44,667 nt of DNA from a virus. Lineage: Duplodnaviria > Caudoviricetes. Location of the stretch: positions 1 to 44,667 of the IMG/VR virus record IMGVR_UViG_3300024187_000012; one strand, 5' to 3'. Below, one piece after another: positions 42,041-44,667 of this stretch; the first letter of the stretch is position 1, and each line of letters starts with the position of its first letter. The notes beneath the pieces are model-generated. The model worked only from the letters and a program-made list of their open reading frames with translations, was not told the origin of the DNA and searched no databases. The position numbers and the translations under genes were made by a program.

Positions 42041-44667
42041 CAGAAAGGTTCCCTGACATCAACGATAAAACGCTTAAGGATCGTTCCGGCCGGCCTTCGA
42101 ACCCCCATGATCGACGCCATCGAAACCGGATAGTAAGGCACGTAGGGCGGCGGCACGTAAGGCGTCACACCAACACGCAGATCTACATCCCGGCCAGTAA
42201 CAGTGACCGCGCCAGTCGCGGCTGCAAGCACGCGGCCCGTCTTGGTCAGCGTTACCGGAATTCCGGCAAGCGTGACAACACCCGTTGTGATGGTCAGCTT
42301 ACGCGCTACGCGAAGTGTTGTGAATTGGCCTATTACAACAATGGCGCGGCTTGTCGCGACCAGACCGCGACCGATACGCAAATTCACCGTCTGCCCGGCA
42401 AGCGCGATCGTTCCCTTCGCCACCGTCTCTCGGCGAGCGACACGAAGTCCGACCGGCTGGCCGGCGAGCACAATCGCGCCAGCCAAAGCCGTCAGTCTGC
42501 CCGGAGCTCCCTGGTTCAGCGTGACCGGAATACCGGTCAGCGTGACCGCACCGGTCGTCACAACGGCCTTATGGGCGACCCGCAACGTTACAGGTTGACC
42601 AGCCAGAACAACGGCACCACTCGAAGCCGCCAAGCCACGCCCAACACGCAAGTTGACCGATTGACCCGCCAGCGTGACTGCACCGGTCGTCGCGACGGCC
42701 TTGTGCGCAAGGCGCAGCGTCGGAGCCTGGCCGGCCAGAGTGACTGCACCGGTCGAGGCAACCGCCTTGTGCGCAAGACGCAGCGTCGGAGCTTGTCCAG
42801 CCACCACAACCGCGCCGCTGGCGGTAACCAGCCTGTGATCGACCCTCAAGTTGACGGCGTTGCCGGCAAGAGTGACTGCGCCAGTCGAGGCAACTGCCTT
42901 GCGCGCAACGCGCAGGTTCACGGCCTGGCCAGCCAGAACGACGTTGCCGGCAGTCGCCGTCAAAACGCGCGACGCCGTCGCGACAGTCAATGTCGCGGGA
43001 TTTCCAGTGAGGGTAACGGCACCGGTCGTCGTCGTCGCCTGGCGCGCAACACGCAATTGCGCCGCCTGCCCCGCCAGCACAATAGCGCCAGTGGCGGCGG
43101 TAAGCTTGTAACCCCTACTCAGATTGGCGGCGTTGCCGGTGAGCGTGACCGCACCCGCATCAACATTAAAATCGCGCGAGCGCGCCAGCGTACTGGCAGC
43201 GCCAGCAAGCGCAATTGCACCAACAATCGTGGTCAGCGTGTAGCCGGTTGTGAGCGTCCGAACCGTATATTCATTGTATTTCAGCGTGCCGTTGTCGTTG
43301 ACGATGTAGGGAATAACTACATTGTTGCCGCGCTGATAGATGGTGGCATCTTTCGAAAGATTTCCTTCCGCGCTGGCAACAGTGCCGACGAAGATAGCCC
43401 CTGTTTCTGCTTGCCAAGTCGCTCCGTGATCGACTGTCTTTCTAAACCAGAGATCGCCATCGGCCTTGACGTAAAGCGCAATAACATCAGTGCCGTCCAC
43501 GAACGGACGAACTGGATCCAATGAATTGGCCAGGGCAACGCCGGTCGTCGTTACCGTCGTGCCGCTGTCCCATGCAACCGAACCACCGCCGCTAACAACA
43601 ATAAACCGCGTCACCGCGCCGTTGAGATAACTAACGCCCTGATACGTTGTCGCCTGAGTGATGTTTGCCGCTGTGCCGAGCACATTCCCACTCGACAATA
43701 GCCGCTGACTACCAACGGCCCCCCCAGGACTCCTCCAGATGAACTGGACCGCGTCCGACGCGCCGAGAACGGCTTCTGGGGATACGTAATCAGACGCCCC
43801 CACCGCATCGACCTCGACCGCCGCACTCCAGGTATTGACCGCAGTACGTCGCGAATAATAAACGCGCGCATAGAACGTGCCGGATGTCTTGGTCTGCACA
43901 CCGCTGAAAAACGCAACCGCTTCGCCAGTGGAACGAACAACGATGGAAGTGCCGGCATTCGCCCCTGCGCTCTGACCTGTTGTAACCGCTGCTGCCGAGA
44001 TGGTTTCTATCGTGGCGAGGAACGTATCCGTAGCCGTGTTGTAGGACACATATTTGTGCCCCACCGCTGTCGAAACGGTGCCGTCCATCACCGCGATGTG
44101 GATGACGTTGCCGACCTGATACGCGCTTAGTCCAAGGATCGCAGTGGTGAAGCCGGTCTTGGTTGCAATGCTAGCCCACGAGGTGTCCGGCGCGGTGGAC
44201 TTGAAAGCTTGCAGCGTGGTGGCAGTGGTGCCGTCGCGGCCGAAGAAATAGTAGGTGTAGGTTGTTACTAGCGAAGCGGCGTAATTGATCGTGCAAGTAC
44301 AATCGGTACTTGAGTTAGTCCACGTCCCCGTCCCTTCTCGAACAATGTTACCGTCAGCATAAGGATTGATGAACGATTGCGTTGAAAGCTGGTAATAGTT
44401 TGTCGAGTTGTTAGCCGTGCTGCGACTGATGACAAAGGCATACTTCGTCGCTGCCGTCAGTGTGGGAAGCGTAAGAAATTTAAAATTGTATGAGAGATAT
44501 GAAGTCGTGAGCGTGGAGCCGCTTATTACCGTCGAGGTAGCAAGCGAAGCGCCGATTGGCAAGCCAGAGCCGTCAACGGCGTAGATGTTGAGAACCAGAT
44601 TGTCTGTTGGAGCGGCAACTTTTCTCAGAGTTACGGAGATAGACGAAATTATTGTGTTACTGCCGCC
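42040..44667 (-). CDS. 3' part of the origin-spanning 934-aa fibre-like protein (start at 492)
   Basis: Open to the window end and continuous with 1..492 through the terminal repeat; beta-rich N-terminal domains, C-terminal tandem repeats. Confidence 0.88.
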   Translation of the reverse strand, partial: GGSNTIISSISVTLRKVAAPTDNLVLNIYAVDGSGLPIGASLATSTVISGSTLTTSYLSYNFKFLTLPTLTAATKYAFVISRSTANNSTNYYQLSTQSFINPYADGNIVREGTGTWTNSSTDCTCTINYAASLVTTYTYYFFGRDGTTATTLQAFKSTAPDTSWASIATKTGFTTAILGLSAYQVGNVIHIAVMDGTVSTAVGHKYVSYNTATDTFLATIETISAAAVTTGQSAGANAGTSIVVRSTGEAVAFFSGVQTKTSGTFYARVYYSRRTAVNTWSAAVEVDAVGASDYVSPEAVLGASDAVQFIWRSPGGAVGSQRLLSSGNVLGTAANITQATTYQGVSYLNGAVTRFIVVSGGGSVAWDSGTTVTTTGVALANSLDPVRPFVDGTDVIALYVKADGDLWFRKTVDHGATWQAETGAIFVGTVASAEGNLSKDATIYQRGNNVVIPYIVNDNGTLKYNEYTVRTLTTGYTLTTIVGAIALAGAASTLARSRDFNVDAGAVTLTGNAANLSRGYKLTAATGAIVLAGQAAQLRVARQATTTTGAVTLTGNPATLTVATASRVLTATAGNVVLAGQAVNLRVARKAVASTGAVTLAGNAVNLRVDHRLVTASGAVVVAGQAPTLRLAHKAVASTGAVTLAGQAPTLRLAHKAVATTGAVTLAGQSVNLRVGRGLAASSGAVVLAGQPVTLRVAHKAVVTTGAVTLTGIPVTLNQGAPGRLTALAGAIVLAGQPVGLRVARRETVAKGTIALAGQTVNLRIGRGLVATSRAIVVIGQFTTLRVARKLTITTGVVTLAGIPVTLTKTGRVLAAATGAVTVTGRDVDLRVGVTPYVPPPYVPYYPVSMASIMGVRRPAGTILKRFIVDVREPF
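42170..43221 (-). repeat. About 16 tandem 22-25-aa protein repeats (GAVTLAGQAVNLRVAHKAVAST-like)
   Basis: Counted directly in the translation. Confidence 0.9.
44353..44667. repeat. Terminal direct repeat / circular overlap, right copy
   Basis: 313 of 315 bases identical to 1-315. Confidence 0.97.

Noticed and set aside
1-44667. Integrase, att site, tRNA, family A/B DNA polymerase, tape measure
   Set aside because: No recognisable motifs or cloverleaf structures were found by eye; absence should be confirmed with HMM and tRNAscan searches.

Overview
The window looks like a complete, circularly permuted genome of a GC-rich tailed phage. The unit length is 44,352 bp: bases 1-315 recur at 44353-44667 with 2 mismatches. 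The head module (terS, terL, long portal, scaffold, major capsid), the P22-like adaptor, gp10-like and ejection genes, and the lack of tape-measure or sheath genes indicate podovirus morphology. An alphaproteobacterial (probably Hyphomicrobiales) host is inferred from a VPGPIVGAG-type PEP-CTERM-like gene and the overall gene set. Three blocks are visible: (i) a leftward replication/early block (VRR-NUC, PD-(D/E)XK exonuclease, SSB-like protein, Prim-Pol/AAA primase-helicase followed by an iteron array, small early genes); (ii) a rightward accessory block at 11.5-15.7 kb with a winged-helix protein and tandem MTDLVERLR...EAADEIERL modules; (iii) a long leftward virion block that wraps through the origin. 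I could not recognise an integrase, CI-type repressor, family A/B DNA polymerase, reverse transcriptase, tRNA, CRISPR array or canonical endolysin. The most interesting signals are short peptide motifs shared among otherwise unrelated putative internal-virion proteins (R-[DN]-x-[LI]-[AG], C-terminal GSLVDP, a duplicated SSDGSSSSGDxxGGSSGVG tail), which could be a cargo-addressing code. Other notable signals are a probable virion-delivered ADP-ribosyltransferase, a palindromic operator (AAGGGC-W-GCCCTT) at several sigma70-like promoters, and a plug-in cassette array joined by ATGACTGA. All family calls come from motif recognition by eye, not from database searches.
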